Source: a virus
Reading direction: 5' to 3' (one strand)
Virus record (IMG/VR): IMGVR_UViG_3300010883_000017
Coordinates: 1-64,000 of that record
DNA: 64,000 nucleotides
Shown here: positions 27,324-37,474 of the stretch, one piece after another
Layout: the number at the start of each line of letters is the position of its first letter
Numbering within the stretch: the stretch's first letter is position 1
Notes under the pieces: model-generated
What the model saw: the letters and a program-made list of their open reading frames with translations, nothing else
The model's database searches: none
Told to the model about the DNA's origin: nothing
Program-made: the position numbers and the translations under genes

Positions 27324-28314
27324 GTTTAATACGGCTGGGCTTTCTTTAAAGCCTTTGTCACAAAGAAAGTCGAAACTCAGTGTTAACGATTTAGTACTTC
27401 CAAAGTTTTTGCATCCGTCGGTGGCTGGGGCGGCCGCGGAGTGCGCTGCTCGCTATCTCGCAGAGAAGATACGCGAGGCAAAAGAGACCGATCGTAAAGT
27501 CATACTTTTCATGGGCGCGCATCTAATTAAGCTGGGGCTCACGCGATACATCACTGATCTTATCTTGAATGGATATATCGATCACGTGGCTACCAACGGG
27601 GCCTGCGCTATTCATGACTTTGAATTGAATACGCACGGAGAGACCAGCGAGGATGTGCAAACGTACATCGATAATGGTCAGTTTGGTCTCTGGGAAGAGA
27701 CATCTAATTTGAATGAGGTTGTCGCGGCGGCGTACCAGGGCGGTATTAATTGCGCCGAGCCTTATTCGCCCGGAGCGGGCCATTCGATCGGGACGTGGTT
27801 ATATCACAACGAGGGCGCGAGCCCGGAAACGTCTATTTTTGCTGCGTGTCATAAAATGAATGTGCCGATAACGGTTCACATTCTTATTGGTGGTGATATA
27901 AATCACTCTCATCCCAACTTTGATGCTGCAGCGTGGGGCGTCTGCTCTTACAATGATTTTCTTATCTTTGCGGAATCCCTTAAAGGACTCCATAAAGGTG
28001 GTGTCTTTTTGAATGTGGGGTCGGCAGTACATGGCCCCGAGATATTCTTGAAAGCATTGAGTATGGTTCGTAATGTCTCTTTATGTGAGCAGTTTACAAC
28101 AGGGGTTTTTGACTTTGCAGATCTTCCGTCATCCTGGCGAGATTTCGAACCACATCCGGCAACCCCGCTATACTATTTTCGCCCATGGAAAACACTGTTG
28201 ATGCGGACGAGCAAGGGCGGCCATAGCGAGTACGTAGGCGGCAACTTTACAAATACGATTCCTTTACTTTGGGGTACGATCAACGGATTAGGAGATTTCG
28301 ATGGCGACAATTGA
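27313..28314 (+). CDS. deoxyhypusine-synthase-like NAD-binding protein
   Basis: MGAHLIKLG, HVATNGA..IHDFE....G.TSEDV...I..G.FG..EET, TVH..IG.DI.H.HP, GGVFLNVGSAV.GPE.FLKAL. Confidence 0.7.
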   Translation: MDNRFNTAGLSLKPLSQRKSKLSVNDLVLPKFLHPSVAGAAAECAARYLAEKIREAKETDRKVILFMGAHLIKLGLTRYITDLILNGYIDHVATNGACAIHDFELNTHGETSEDVQTYIDNGQFGLWEETSNLNEVVAAAYQGGINCAEPYSPGAGHSIGTWLYHNEGASPETSIFAACHKMNVPITVHILIGGDINHSHPNFDAAAWGVCSYNDFLIFAESLKGLHKGGVFLNVGSAVHGPEIFLKALSMVRNVSLCEQFTTGVFDFADLPSSWRDFEPHPATPLYYFRPWKTLLMRTSKGGHSEYVGGNFTNTIPLLWGTINGLGDFDGDN

Positions 28315-28969
28315 CGTTATTAACAAATTGAATCTATCTGACGAGAAGAAGCTGAAGTTACTGGCGCTGTACGTGGATCTTCCTGGCCTGGATGCCAGCT
28401 TCAAAGTGACGAGCCCGAGATCTTGCGATCTCCAGGACTTCATAGACGATGTCTTTAACGAGGACGAGCAACCCGCAGGAACCTGTTGTCCTGCGGGACC
28501 GCCTGGAGAACGCGGCGAGCCTGGCATACCTGATGAGGAAGATATTAAGACGCGGTACGACGAGCTCCTAGAGCCACTAGAGGACCTGGGGTTGGAGTTT
28601 GGGGTCGGCGAGGTGATTCAAGTTGAATCCGCGACCGAGAAGAGCACGGTTGTAAGTATTGATGTACCTAGTGTGCATTTAACAGACTGTATAGAGATTA
28701 TGAAAAAGTCGGGTGACTATGAACTACCGCCGCCTGGTACAACAATTCAGGGGATTGCACATGCTATTATTGGCGAGCCACCAGCTGCGTTTGCCGCGAT
28801 GTTGGTTAGCGCAGAAGGCGGCCCGTTTATCGATGCGTACCTTCAGAAGGATGAGGATATAATTTGTGAGCATAAGCCTATTCGAGATACAGAATTTCTA
28901 GAGAGCCGGGTTCGGATAAGCATGCGGTACGAAGATCGTATGTATGAGTTTGAGCTTACACCAACTTAA
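28301..28969 (+). CDS. acidic hypothetical protein with short collagen-like repeat
   Basis: GPPGERGEPG. Confidence 0.55.
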   Translation: MATIDVINKLNLSDEKKLKLLALYVDLPGLDASFKVTSPRSCDLQDFIDDVFNEDEQPAGTCCPAGPPGERGEPGIPDEEDIKTRYDELLEPLEDLGLEFGVGEVIQVESATEKSTVVSIDVPSVHLTDCIEIMKKSGDYELPPPGTTIQGIAHAIIGEPPAAFAAMLVSAEGGPFIDAYLQKDEDIICEHKPIRDTEFLESRVRISMRYEDRMYEFELTPT

Positions 28970-28986
28970 TAGAAGCAGGGGCACGG

Positions 28987-29211
28987 ATGCCACGGAAACG
29001 AAATTTACAGCACTCGAAAAAACCGCCAGCATGTCCGGATGATATGGACTCGCGGCGGTGCCTTCGTTGTGATGGCTGGTTTTGTTCGGAAGGCGCTGGT
29101 AATCGGCAGTGTTCCAAGTGTTTTGATGACACAATACATGTTAGTAAGCGTTTGCAAATACCGGGCACCACCATTGTGGGCGGGGATGGAATAAGCAGTG
29201 AGGAGTATTAG
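28987..29211 (+). CDS. small zinc-ribbon protein, paralog of 19537-19749
   Basis: CLRC...F.SEG.GNRQC..C. Confidence 0.6.
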   Translation: MPRKRNLQHSKKPPACPDDMDSRRCLRCDGWFCSEGAGNRQCSKCFDDTIHVSKRLQIPGTTIVGGDGISSEEY

Positions 29212-30693
29212 ATGACGAAAGCTTTAGTTATTGGTGACATCATGTTGGATGCCACAATCGAGTGTGAGGTGTCGCGGGTTTCTCCTGAGGCGCCTGTTGT
29301 TATTGGTAGGGAGCGCAACCGAAAAGCGCAGTTGGGCGGGGCGGCTAATGTTGCTGCTAACTTAAAAGCTTTGGGTGTTGATGACGTGTATTTGTACGGC
29401 GTCACCGGGGATGAGGACGACGCGGCGCATGAGGTCGAAGAGTTGTGTAAAGATCTTGGGATCTTTCCCCGCTTTGAGTACAGGACAGCGCAGCGCACCA
29501 CGGTTAAAACCCGGTATGTGGCAGAGGGTCAGCTGATCTTTCGTCACGACGCCGAGCGTCATTCCATTTCTAGCAACTACAAACAACACAGCACAGCCAA
29601 GATCGATGTGACTGAGTATGACGTAATCGTATTTGTGGATTACGACAAAGGGGTGGTCGGCGATTACGACACCTTCAAACTTATTGCTCAGGCTACGGCT
29701 GCTCAGATTCCTGTCGTTGTTGACTGCAAGCCCTGTAATCTTCCGTTCTTTACGGGCGCTACGTTTATTACGCCAAATGAAGCGGAGCTTGCGGAGATGT
29801 GCTTGCTGTATCTTCCGGCGGTTGAGCGTTCGCTTGAACAGGATACGCATGAGCTGGCAGCTGGATTCGGGATTAAATGGGTGGTTTGTACGCGAGGCGG
29901 CGCGGGACTTGATGTCTACTTTGTCGCGCGGGATTATATTCGCAACAGCATAGAACCGCCGACGAGATTTTTGCCGAAGCAAACTCGGCGTGTTTACGAT
30001 GTGACCGGAGCTGGTGATGTAGTTACAGCTGCTTTGGGTAGTGTTTTAGCACGCGAGCGGGCCTGGTCGAAGCTACCACTGGCATCCCAGCCAGCCGTCC
30101 ACGACTCGATGTTTGAGTTTGCAAATACTGCGGCAGGGCTTGCTGTGGAGCAGCCGGGCACTACGGTGGTTGATCTTGATGCAGTTATCACTGCGCAGAC
30201 AGAGGATCGCTTAAGCAGTAAGATCCTCCTAGAGGGCGCCGAGACTGCGGTGGAGGCTCTTCAAGCGGTTGGTAGATGCGTGGTATTTACGAACGGCTGT
30301 TTTGATCTCTTGCACCCTGGTCATGTGCACTTGCTACATGCGGCGAAGAGCGAGGGAGACGCGCTCGTTGTTGCTGTAAACAGTGACGAGTCCGTGCGTG
30401 CCTTAAAAGGAGATAAGCGCCCGGTTCTTCCTCTGCATTTAAGGATGGCCGCATTGGCTTCGTTGGATGTGGTGGATTACGTTGTTCCCTTTGACGAGGA
30501 AACACCGGAAGGCCTAATCCGTAAGCTGAAGCCAGATGTGCTTGTAAAAGGAAAGCACACGACGGATTGTCCACATCAGGATGCTCCTGTGCCAGGCGCA
30601 GATTTCATGGCGGCACGGGGGGCCCGGGTCGTGTTTGTTGACACGATACCAGGCTACAGTACGACGGCTGTTATTGCCGGCGGCACTAGCTAG
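29212..30693 (+). CDS. hldE: bifunctional heptose-7-phosphate kinase / heptose-1-phosphate adenylyltransferase
   Basis: GD.MLD...RVSPEAPV, LGGAANVA, DY.KG, ITPN..E, DVTGAGD, VVFTNGCFDLLHPGH, NSD.SV..LKG..RP, PDVLVKG. Confidence 0.92.
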   Translation: MTKALVIGDIMLDATIECEVSRVSPEAPVVIGRERNRKAQLGGAANVAANLKALGVDDVYLYGVTGDEDDAAHEVEELCKDLGIFPRFEYRTAQRTTVKTRYVAEGQLIFRHDAERHSISSNYKQHSTAKIDVTEYDVIVFVDYDKGVVGDYDTFKLIAQATAAQIPVVVDCKPCNLPFFTGATFITPNEAELAEMCLLYLPAVERSLEQDTHELAAGFGIKWVVCTRGGAGLDVYFVARDYIRNSIEPPTRFLPKQTRRVYDVTGAGDVVTAALGSVLARERAWSKLPLASQPAVHDSMFEFANTAAGLAVEQPGTTVVDLDAVITAQTEDRLSSKILLEGAETAVEALQAVGRCVVFTNGCFDLLHPGHVHLLHAAKSEGDALVVAVNSDESVRALKGDKRPVLPLHLRMAALASLDVVDYVVPFDEETPEGLIRKLKPDVLVKGKHTTDCPHQDAPVPGADFMAARGARVVFVDTIPGYSTTAVIAGGTS

Positions 30694-30874
30694 CGTCTTC
30701 TTCGGCATCTACATTTTTTGGACCACGTTCTTGGGCGTTGTCTCTCAAAATGTGGGTGCCGTGCGGTGCTTCGATGCCCAGGCGTACCTTATTACCATTG
30801 GTGTGTACAATGGTAATTGTTACGTCATCTCCAATGTGCACCGTTTCGCTTTGTCTTCGTGTGATAACTAGCAT
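30686..30874 (-). CDS. csrA: second CsrA/RsmA family protein
   Basis: MLVITRR..E.VHIGDDVTITIV...GNKVRLGIEAP....ILR. Confidence 0.88.
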   Translation of the reverse strand: MLVITRRQSETVHIGDDVTITIVHTNGNKVRLGIEAPHGTHILRDNAQERGPKNVDAEEDAS

Positions 30875-31017
30875 TTTTTTCCTTAGGGATAACTGGGCTA
30901 GGCGAAGCTGGGCGCTCAGTTTGTTAGAATAGTGGGTCAGTCCCTATGTTGGGAAATTGTAGCACAGTCGCGGTGCGCGTGGAAGAATTCAGTAATAAAA
31001 TTTGATGAAAAGGAGGG

Positions 31018-32220
31018 TTGATGTCCGGATTTGTATTTTCAGCTGATTGGCATTTAAGTTACGGAACCTGGGCCGGCAAGCCGGCTCTCGTGGGTGACTC
31101 ATACTACTCGCTTAGGCAGCTTATTGATTATTGTATTGAGCATGATTGTCCGCTTATTGCGGGCGGGGACCTTTTCGACAAGCCGGTTCCGGATCCCGTT
31201 AGCGTGAGCGTCATGTGCCGCGAGATGGACAGGATGCAGGCGGAGGGGCTGCCGGTTTACTTTATTCAGGGCCAGCACGAACGCGTAAAGCGCTCGGCGC
31301 TTGGGTCGGCGGGGCTTGGCGGGGCTTCGGAGTGGATGAATGTTCACGCGTGGCCGACGCATGTCCATAAGAAAACATTCTCCATTGAGAACAAGCAGTT
31401 CTATGGGTTGGATTGGACGCCCCCGGATCGTATTGAAGAAGAACTGGCAGCAATCCCTGAGGACACCTATTTCCTGGTTTGTCATCAGGTTTGGCGTGAG
31501 TTCATGGGTGATACGGTTTGCCAGCCGGAGTGTAACTTGAGCATGGTACCAGTGGTGCGGGAAGTTTTGACTGGAGATTTCCACGAGACGACGAACGCAC
31601 ACAATGGCGCATATACTGTCATGCATTCTCCGGGGTCTATTAGCATGCGAAGCATGGGCGAGCCAGCGGAGAAGTACTTCTTTCATTTCTTAGGTTGGAA
31701 CGAAGTGGAAGAGGTCGAGCATCCGGATGTAGGTGAGAGTTTACATCCAATGGAAACCCTTAAATTACGAACACGGGTAATGGCGGAAGTAACTATCGAT
31801 ACAGAAGAAGCGCTTGATGCGTTTGTTCAACGAGAGTTAGCTGAGCATTTAGACCTGATACCTTTGGTGCCCAGCATGATAAGCGTTTCCCGGGGGCTTC
31901 CAGAAGAACTGGAAAAGCCGATGTTACGTGTCAATTATCACGACGATATCCCGGAGGTTTACGATCGAATTGTTGCGGCCGTTGGGGATACGGCGCATCT
32001 GTTTTTATATCCGCAGAGAGTTCGTGATGATGTCGTTGAAGTAGACGAGGATCTTCGCGAACGAATACGTGGGCAGGGTTTGTTGGGCTGTTTGTCCCAG
32101 GTTGAAGATGAAGATTCACCTGTGTACAGAACGACGGCGCGTCTACTGCAAAGTAGTGATCCGGCAACGGAGCTTGAGGAGATGCACGCCGAGTATTTAG
32201 AAGAGGATGTAACTGAATGA
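31018..32220 (+). CDS. sbcD: SbcD/Mre11-like metallophosphoesterase nuclease
   Basis: SADWH, GGDLFD, IQGQHE, CHQ, GDFH, SPGS; directly upstream of an SMC ATPase. Confidence 0.85.
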   Translation: MMSGFVFSADWHLSYGTWAGKPALVGDSYYSLRQLIDYCIEHDCPLIAGGDLFDKPVPDPVSVSVMCREMDRMQAEGLPVYFIQGQHERVKRSALGSAGLGGASEWMNVHAWPTHVHKKTFSIENKQFYGLDWTPPDRIEEELAAIPEDTYFLVCHQVWREFMGDTVCQPECNLSMVPVVREVLTGDFHETTNAHNGAYTVMHSPGSISMRSMGEPAEKYFFHFLGWNEVEEVEHPDVGESLHPMETLKLRTRVMAEVTIDTEEALDAFVQRELAEHLDLIPLVPSMISVSRGLPEELEKPMLRVNYHDDIPEVYDRIVAAVGDTAHLFLYPQRVRDDVVEVDEDLRERIRGQGLLGCLSQVEDEDSPVYRTTARLLQSSDPATELEEMHAEYLEEDVTE

Positions 32221-34352
32221 AATTAATTCGATTGGAGGTCCAGAATTTTTGCCAACATCGGCATAAGGTTGTGGAATTTAGTCCACGGCTTACTGCTTTT
32301 TTGGGGCAAAACGGTTCTGGTAAATCAAATTTGCTTACAGCTGCACTTGGTGCGCTGACTAACGATTTTAGTAGAACACACGGTAATAAAGCCGAGAATA
32401 TATGTCAGACCGCGCCGGCATCTGAGCCGGCCTACGTCAGGTTACTCATTGAGCATGAAGGTTCGCAGGTAGAGATTCAACGAGGATTTCGTAAATCACG
32501 ATCTTACTGGCAGCAAGGCGACGACATCATTCGTGGTGATGCGCCCGTTACTGCTCGTGTCTTAGAGTTTTTGGGAACTACTAAGCGCATAATCAATGAC
32601 TATCTCTTTGTAGATCAGGGTGAGATTTTTACTCCGCTTGTTTGTAAAGAGGCCGATCGTGCACGTGCGTTTCAGCAATTGTTTGGGACAGGGCACGCAG
32701 AGAGTTGCTGGAAAGCCCTTGGCGACTATATGTCGTCCATTCCTACGGCTGTTAGTGCGTTGGATATGGATACGCTTCGCCAGGAGTTGGAAGACGCTCA
32801 AGGTCGTGTAGTAGCTCTCACAACTGAGTTAGCTTCTATTTCTCTTCCGGAGGACTATGTCCCTGCTGAGGATCCCGCACGGAAAATTATCATTAATTGG
32901 GATGCGTTACAGGGGGCTATTGCAGCGGCAGAAGCTGCGCAACCGGAGCTGAAACGATCGGGATTGGGATTAGCGGTGCTTAACGGCGAACTTACTATTT
33001 TAGAGGAAGAGGGCGCAGCGCTACACGACGCGATTAAAAACTCTGCTGTGGACCATAAGAAGGCAGAAGCTGCGTTACAGACGTGGGATTTACGGGAGCA
33101 ATCTGCAGCCCGCGTTAAGAAAATGCAGCAAGATCTGCTGACTCTTCGTGAAGAGGAGCGTACTAAGCCGATAGCGCCAGACCCAGGTGTATCTGATATT
33201 CCTGCGTGGCAACGGCAGACTGGTGCACTGGAAGCCAAGCGCGCTAAGTATTTAGCCATGGTTTCTGCACTGGATGCTAATAGTGGTGTGGTCGAGTGCC
33301 CTACTTGTGGTACGTCCGTAGCTGATTTGGAAATGGACATCGAATACTCACGAGTTGAGGCAGATAAGCTCACTCAAGAGGTTATTGAAAGAAATGGTGT
33401 TCAGCAGCAGTCGGTGACGTACAACATCGAGAATGCGAAGTGGGATTCGTGGCACGAGGCTTGGCAAGCTCGCGTGGCAGCCATTGAAGAGGCCGTTGCG
33501 GTAGAGCCCGCTTCTGATCAAGCGGGTGCGCTTAGCGAGGAGCAGCATGCGAAGTACAAGAAAACTCAATCGAATACGATTGAGTGGGGGGCTGCTCGCG
33601 CGGACGTCTTGGAAGAAATTCAAGCCAAGTCGGCTGCGATTCTTGCCAAGGAGTACCAGGTGAACGCGTGCCAGGTTGGTTTGGACGGTTTCAATGAACG
33701 GATAGCCGTGTTGCAACCTGGTTTGGACGCGGAAGCTGTTGAGGCGGCGCAGGCTTTGATTGCGGCTAATCAGCTGGCTTACTCTTCCCGTATACGGCTC
33801 CAGGGCCAACGAGACGAGGCCGGCGTTTCTGCAGCAGCAGCACAGGACCGCTTAAATCGGGCGGAAGAAACTGCCCGGCAGGCGTCTCGTAACGTCGAGT
33901 TTTCTTCGCATCTTGGCGCCGTTCGCGATATTTTGCACCGGGATAATCTTCCAAAGTTGGTTGCGCAGAATTATCTTGAATTGCTAGAAGCGGACATTAA
34001 CGAGATACTGGAGGTGTTTGGGACGGATTTCAGGGTCTCTGCTCGTGACGGGCTCGGGTTTATTGCGGACTTCCCGGATGGGAGATCCCAGCCAGTTCCG
34101 AGGCTGTCCGGGGGTCAAAAAGTTGTACTAGCGCTCGCGTTTAGGATTTCGGTGAACTCTTTGTTTGCTGCGGATCTTGGCGTGATTACGCTAGACGAGC
34201 CCACTGCTTACTTAGATGATGAAAATATCAATTGTTTAGATTTGGCTTTAGCCCGCTTACGGAGTCTTTCCGAGGCCCGCGGGTTGCAGTGTATATTGAT
34301 TACGCATGAAAAGGGGTTGGGGCATCTCTTTGATCATGTCGTGCAACTGTGA
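32217..34352 (+). CDS. sbcC: SbcC/Rad50-like SMC ATPase
   Basis: GQNGSGKSN, zinc hook CPTCG, LSGGQK, LDEPT, ITH. Confidence 0.92.
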   Translation: MKLIRLEVQNFCQHRHKVVEFSPRLTAFLGQNGSGKSNLLTAALGALTNDFSRTHGNKAENICQTAPASEPAYVRLLIEHEGSQVEIQRGFRKSRSYWQQGDDIIRGDAPVTARVLEFLGTTKRIINDYLFVDQGEIFTPLVCKEADRARAFQQLFGTGHAESCWKALGDYMSSIPTAVSALDMDTLRQELEDAQGRVVALTTELASISLPEDYVPAEDPARKIIINWDALQGAIAAAEAAQPELKRSGLGLAVLNGELTILEEEGAALHDAIKNSAVDHKKAEAALQTWDLREQSAARVKKMQQDLLTLREEERTKPIAPDPGVSDIPAWQRQTGALEAKRAKYLAMVSALDANSGVVECPTCGTSVADLEMDIEYSRVEADKLTQEVIERNGVQQQSVTYNIENAKWDSWHEAWQARVAAIEEAVAVEPASDQAGALSEEQHAKYKKTQSNTIEWGAARADVLEEIQAKSAAILAKEYQVNACQVGLDGFNERIAVLQPGLDAEAVEAAQALIAANQLAYSSRIRLQGQRDEAGVSAAAAQDRLNRAEETARQASRNVEFSSHLGAVRDILHRDNLPKLVAQNYLELLEADINEILEVFGTDFRVSARDGLGFIADFPDGRSQPVPRLSGGQKVVLALAFRISVNSLFAADLGVITLDEPTAYLDDENINCLDLALARLRSLSEARGLQCILITHEKGLGHLFDHVVQL

Positions 34353-35417
34353 GTGACAAGGACGCGCTTAATGCACAAAACAGAAGTAAAAGAACTTCGT
34401 TTACAAGTGGCCGATACCGGTGATATCTGGGCTACGTCTTGGTTGGAATCGCACCCGCGCTGCGTGGCCAGCGGTATCGAGGATCTAATAGCGTCTAAGC
34501 TGTTTTTAGCGTCTACATCTGTAGCGATAGTGGCATTTCCGACAAATGTGAAATTGATTACAGAAATTTACTTACGGAAACACAAGGACGCTGACTATTC
34601 GATTTGGGTAGCGTCGCCTCTATTAGTGGGGGCGACGAAGCCTGATCGGATAGATCCTGTTTCTGTTTTAGAGGCGTCTCACGCCTTGGATCCACACCTA
34701 TCGCCGAGCCTGGGAGGGTGGCATCAGTTTGGTAAGGCGGATTATCCTGCGTATGCTTTGGCAGAAATAGTTTCTCAGAACAGTAGCATTTCTGACCAGG
34801 CAATACAGCTGTTAGAAGCGCATCCGGTGTGGCCTGCGCTGTCGTTCATCTCCGGGTTAAATAAGAAGATGTGTTGTCGTCTTCTCGCTACTGTGTTGGA
34901 CCCGCGGTGGTATATAGATTTGAAGCAACCTGCGCGCACTTCACGGCTTGAATCTTATTTAGGTCTTACCTTGCGGGTGCAGCGGACGGCGTTAAACATG
35001 TTGACCGACGTAGATCCAACAAATAAGAACAGCCGTGAAAAGATTGATAAAGTGTTGACGGGTATGACCGAGTACGAAGCGAGGATGGTTGAGCGGTGTA
35101 CCGCAGTTCAATACTGTTGGTGGCGTGATCCGGCGGTTCTGACTTGTCCTGATAGCGGAGCTACTCCTGGCCAACCGCTCCTGGAGGCGCCTGGCGGGTT
35201 TTTATGGCGTGTCTGGTTTTCTCACGGAAAATCACCGAAAGGGTACCTACGTGCATCTCAGCAATTTGTTAGGTTTTTACGTGATTCGTGGTTGGATGCG
35301 TTATATTCAAAAACCGTTGGAGATGGTTTGTTTATTCCGGACTACTTTTTCAAGCATAACTACGAGCAGCTGTCTTTCATGCAGCACATGGCTAGGTTTG
35401 AAAGCGATCGAGGTTAG
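34353..35417 (+). CDS. hypothetical protein with IS110/IS116 (Transposase_20)-like motif
   Basis: LSFISGL......RLLATVLDPRWY........RLESYLGL resembles L.sIpGig...a..llaeigD..RF.....L.sYaGL. Confidence 0.45.
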   Translation: MTRTRLMHKTEVKELRLQVADTGDIWATSWLESHPRCVASGIEDLIASKLFLASTSVAIVAFPTNVKLITEIYLRKHKDADYSIWVASPLLVGATKPDRIDPVSVLEASHALDPHLSPSLGGWHQFGKADYPAYALAEIVSQNSSISDQAIQLLEAHPVWPALSFISGLNKKMCCRLLATVLDPRWYIDLKQPARTSRLESYLGLTLRVQRTALNMLTDVDPTNKNSREKIDKVLTGMTEYEARMVERCTAVQYCWWRDPAVLTCPDSGATPGQPLLEAPGGFLWRVWFSHGKSPKGYLRASQQFVRFLRDSWLDALYSKTVGDGLFIPDYFFKHNYEQLSFMQHMARFESDRG

Positions 35418-35419
35418 CG

Positions 35420-35956
35420 GTGCAAGAAATAACAATCAGGTTGCGATTTAATCAACCGTGTCCCGGCTCTGTACGAACGCAAGACGGTAAAAATGTTCTT
35501 CATGTTCATCAGCGGGATCCGGAGGGGCGCATTATGTTCCTCCCCAGCTGGTGGTCGGCGCTGATACGGTATGCCGCTAAGGTTTTGAATAGGCACCAGT
35601 CTGAGGCCAAAAAGATTAGCTGGGACCCCGTAATTGACGGCGTGCCGCGGAAGTGGAAGCGCTACCTTCCGACACCTGCAGGTAAATCATCTGCGCGTGC
35701 GCGGTACGCTCTGCATGAGGCGTTTCTTCCGGGCAGCGTTATTGGTGTAAACTGTGTGCTTCCGCGGGCTATATCTACTGATGACATGTGGCAACTATTG
35801 GATATTGCTGGAAGTTACAAGGGCATTAGCCCATACAAGCCAAATGAAGGCTATGGTACGTTTTGTGTAGTCTCTCTTCATAGAAGGAGGCGTTCTTTAG
35901 AAAAGCCGGAGGTCTCATTAGAGGAGCCAACGCCCGAGGCAAAGACAGAAGATTAA
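35420..35956 (+). CDS. second RAMP-like protein
   Basis: ITIRLRFNQPC.G, RDPEGRIMF.PS, HEAFLPGS, C-terminal G-rich loop AGSYKGISPYKPNEGYGTFCV. Confidence 0.6.
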   Translation: MQEITIRLRFNQPCPGSVRTQDGKNVLHVHQRDPEGRIMFLPSWWSALIRYAAKVLNRHQSEAKKISWDPVIDGVPRKWKRYLPTPAGKSSARARYALHEAFLPGSVIGVNCVLPRAISTDDMWQLLDIAGSYKGISPYKPNEGYGTFCVVSLHRRRRSLEKPEVSLEEPTPEAKTED

Positions 35957-35965
35957 GGGGGTAAT

Positions 35966-37474
35966 ATGGCACAGCCATCACTTTTACTTCGAAAGTTCGG
36001 AGTCATGATTGATCTGGGGCTGGCCAATGGCGAGCCCCTTCCTGAAGATATTCGCATAGCGTTTACGTCTCAAATGGCGTACACACATGTGCAGCATCTA
36101 CACGGCGCGGACAAGTGGGATCCCGTTACCGGTATACAAAGAAATATCCAGACCACGCGAGTCTTACTTCATAAGATCGTAGATGGTCGGATTACTACTT
36201 GTTGTGGTTACATTCCGCGCATTCTTAGAACGGCGCAGGAATTAGGCTGCACAGTAGATATTCAAGACCTTACTCCGGAAGACTCTAACACTCCGGGAGC
36301 TTACGAGACTGATTGGGAGAACGTGCATGACCGGGTACAGTTTCGTGTCCGGCAAGAGGAGTGCCTGCGTGCTGTTGCAGACAATCCTGGCGGGATCATT
36401 AAAGCACCGCCGGCGTTTGGAAAATCTCACTTAATCGCAGCTATTGCGATTCTGTACCCCCGCGCAAAAATACACGTTGTTATTAAGCGGCGGGATCTGG
36501 TCGAGAGCACGGTTCGTACACTGCGTGGCGTACTGCCCCAAGTTGGTGTCGTACGCGGCGGCGAGTACAAGCCTAGTCGTGTTACGGTGTTTACGGCGGC
36601 GTCCTTGCACCGTAGTGAAGGGGATGCTGATATCCTCATATGCGACGAGGTACATGAGTTGATGAGCCCGAGTTATTCTGAAGCCCTTGCGAGAACCTAT
36701 AAATTTTCTAGGAACTTTGGGCTCAGCGCTACTCCGGAAGGGCGTGCAGATAATGCCGACGCAAAGTTGGAGTATTTGTTTGGTCCGCTCATCTTTGATA
36801 TGCCCTGGCAAGAAGCGACGGAGCTCGGGTTGATTGTGCCGATCGAAGCGCGGTGGGTTCCTATTCAGATGGCTCGTAATCCTGCGCAAGGTAGGAAAGA
36901 TGTGGCCAAAAAACGGTGGGGAATCTGGCGAAATGAATATCGGAATGCTGTAATTGGGCATACGGTACGACAGCATGGAGATGACGACCAAGTTTTAATC
37001 TTGGTCGAAACCATCGAACACGCAGTTAATCTTTGGCAGCGGTTGCCTGAGTATGAACTGTGTTACGCTGAAATGGAGATGGAGGACCTAGAGCGCTATA
37101 AGCGTAACGGGTTGCTACCGGAATCCTACGAACCCATGACAGGGGAAAAAAGATCTGCGCTGCGTGTTGCATTTGAGAACCACGAGGTTAAAAAAGTAAT
37201 TGCAACTGATGTGTGGAGTACCGGAGTTAGTTTTGAACGGTTAGCTGTTCTTGTTCGCGCAGACGCCCGTGGTAGTGAGATCATGGATACGCAGGCGCCA
37301 GGAAGAGTTGCAAGAATTCATGAGGCTTCTGGGAAGGCCAAGGGGATTGTGTATGACTTCTATGACCACTTTGATCGCGGATTTAAAAGCAAGAGCCGCA
37401 CTCGAAGAAAAAACTACGCCAACAAGGGTTGGGAGCAGGTCGACTTTCCGGCACCGGAGATCCTCGATGCTTGA
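35966..37474 (+). CDS. superfamily 2 helicase (UvsW-like)
   Basis: APPAFGKS, ICDEVH, GLSATP, ATDVWSTGV, QAPGRVAR. Confidence 0.9.
   Translation: MAQPSLLLRKFGVMIDLGLANGEPLPEDIRIAFTSQMAYTHVQHLHGADKWDPVTGIQRNIQTTRVLLHKIVDGRITTCCGYIPRILRTAQELGCTVDIQDLTPEDSNTPGAYETDWENVHDRVQFRVRQEECLRAVADNPGGIIKAPPAFGKSHLIAAIAILYPRAKIHVVIKRRDLVESTVRTLRGVLPQVGVVRGGEYKPSRVTVFTAASLHRSEGDADILICDEVHELMSPSYSEALARTYKFSRNFGLSATPEGRADNADAKLEYLFGPLIFDMPWQEATELGLIVPIEARWVPIQMARNPAQGRKDVAKKRWGIWRNEYRNAVIGHTVRQHGDDDQVLILVETIEHAVNLWQRLPEYELCYAEMEMEDLERYKRNGLLPESYEPMTGEKRSALRVAFENHEVKKVIATDVWSTGVSFERLAVLVRADARGSEIMDTQAPGRVARIHEASGKAKGIVYDFYDHFDRGFKSKSRTRRKNYANKGWEQVDFPAPEILDA

Noticed and set aside
34353-35417. Active IS110 insertion sequence
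   Set aside because: No recognisable DEDD catalytic domain or non-coding ends; tightly packed in the operon
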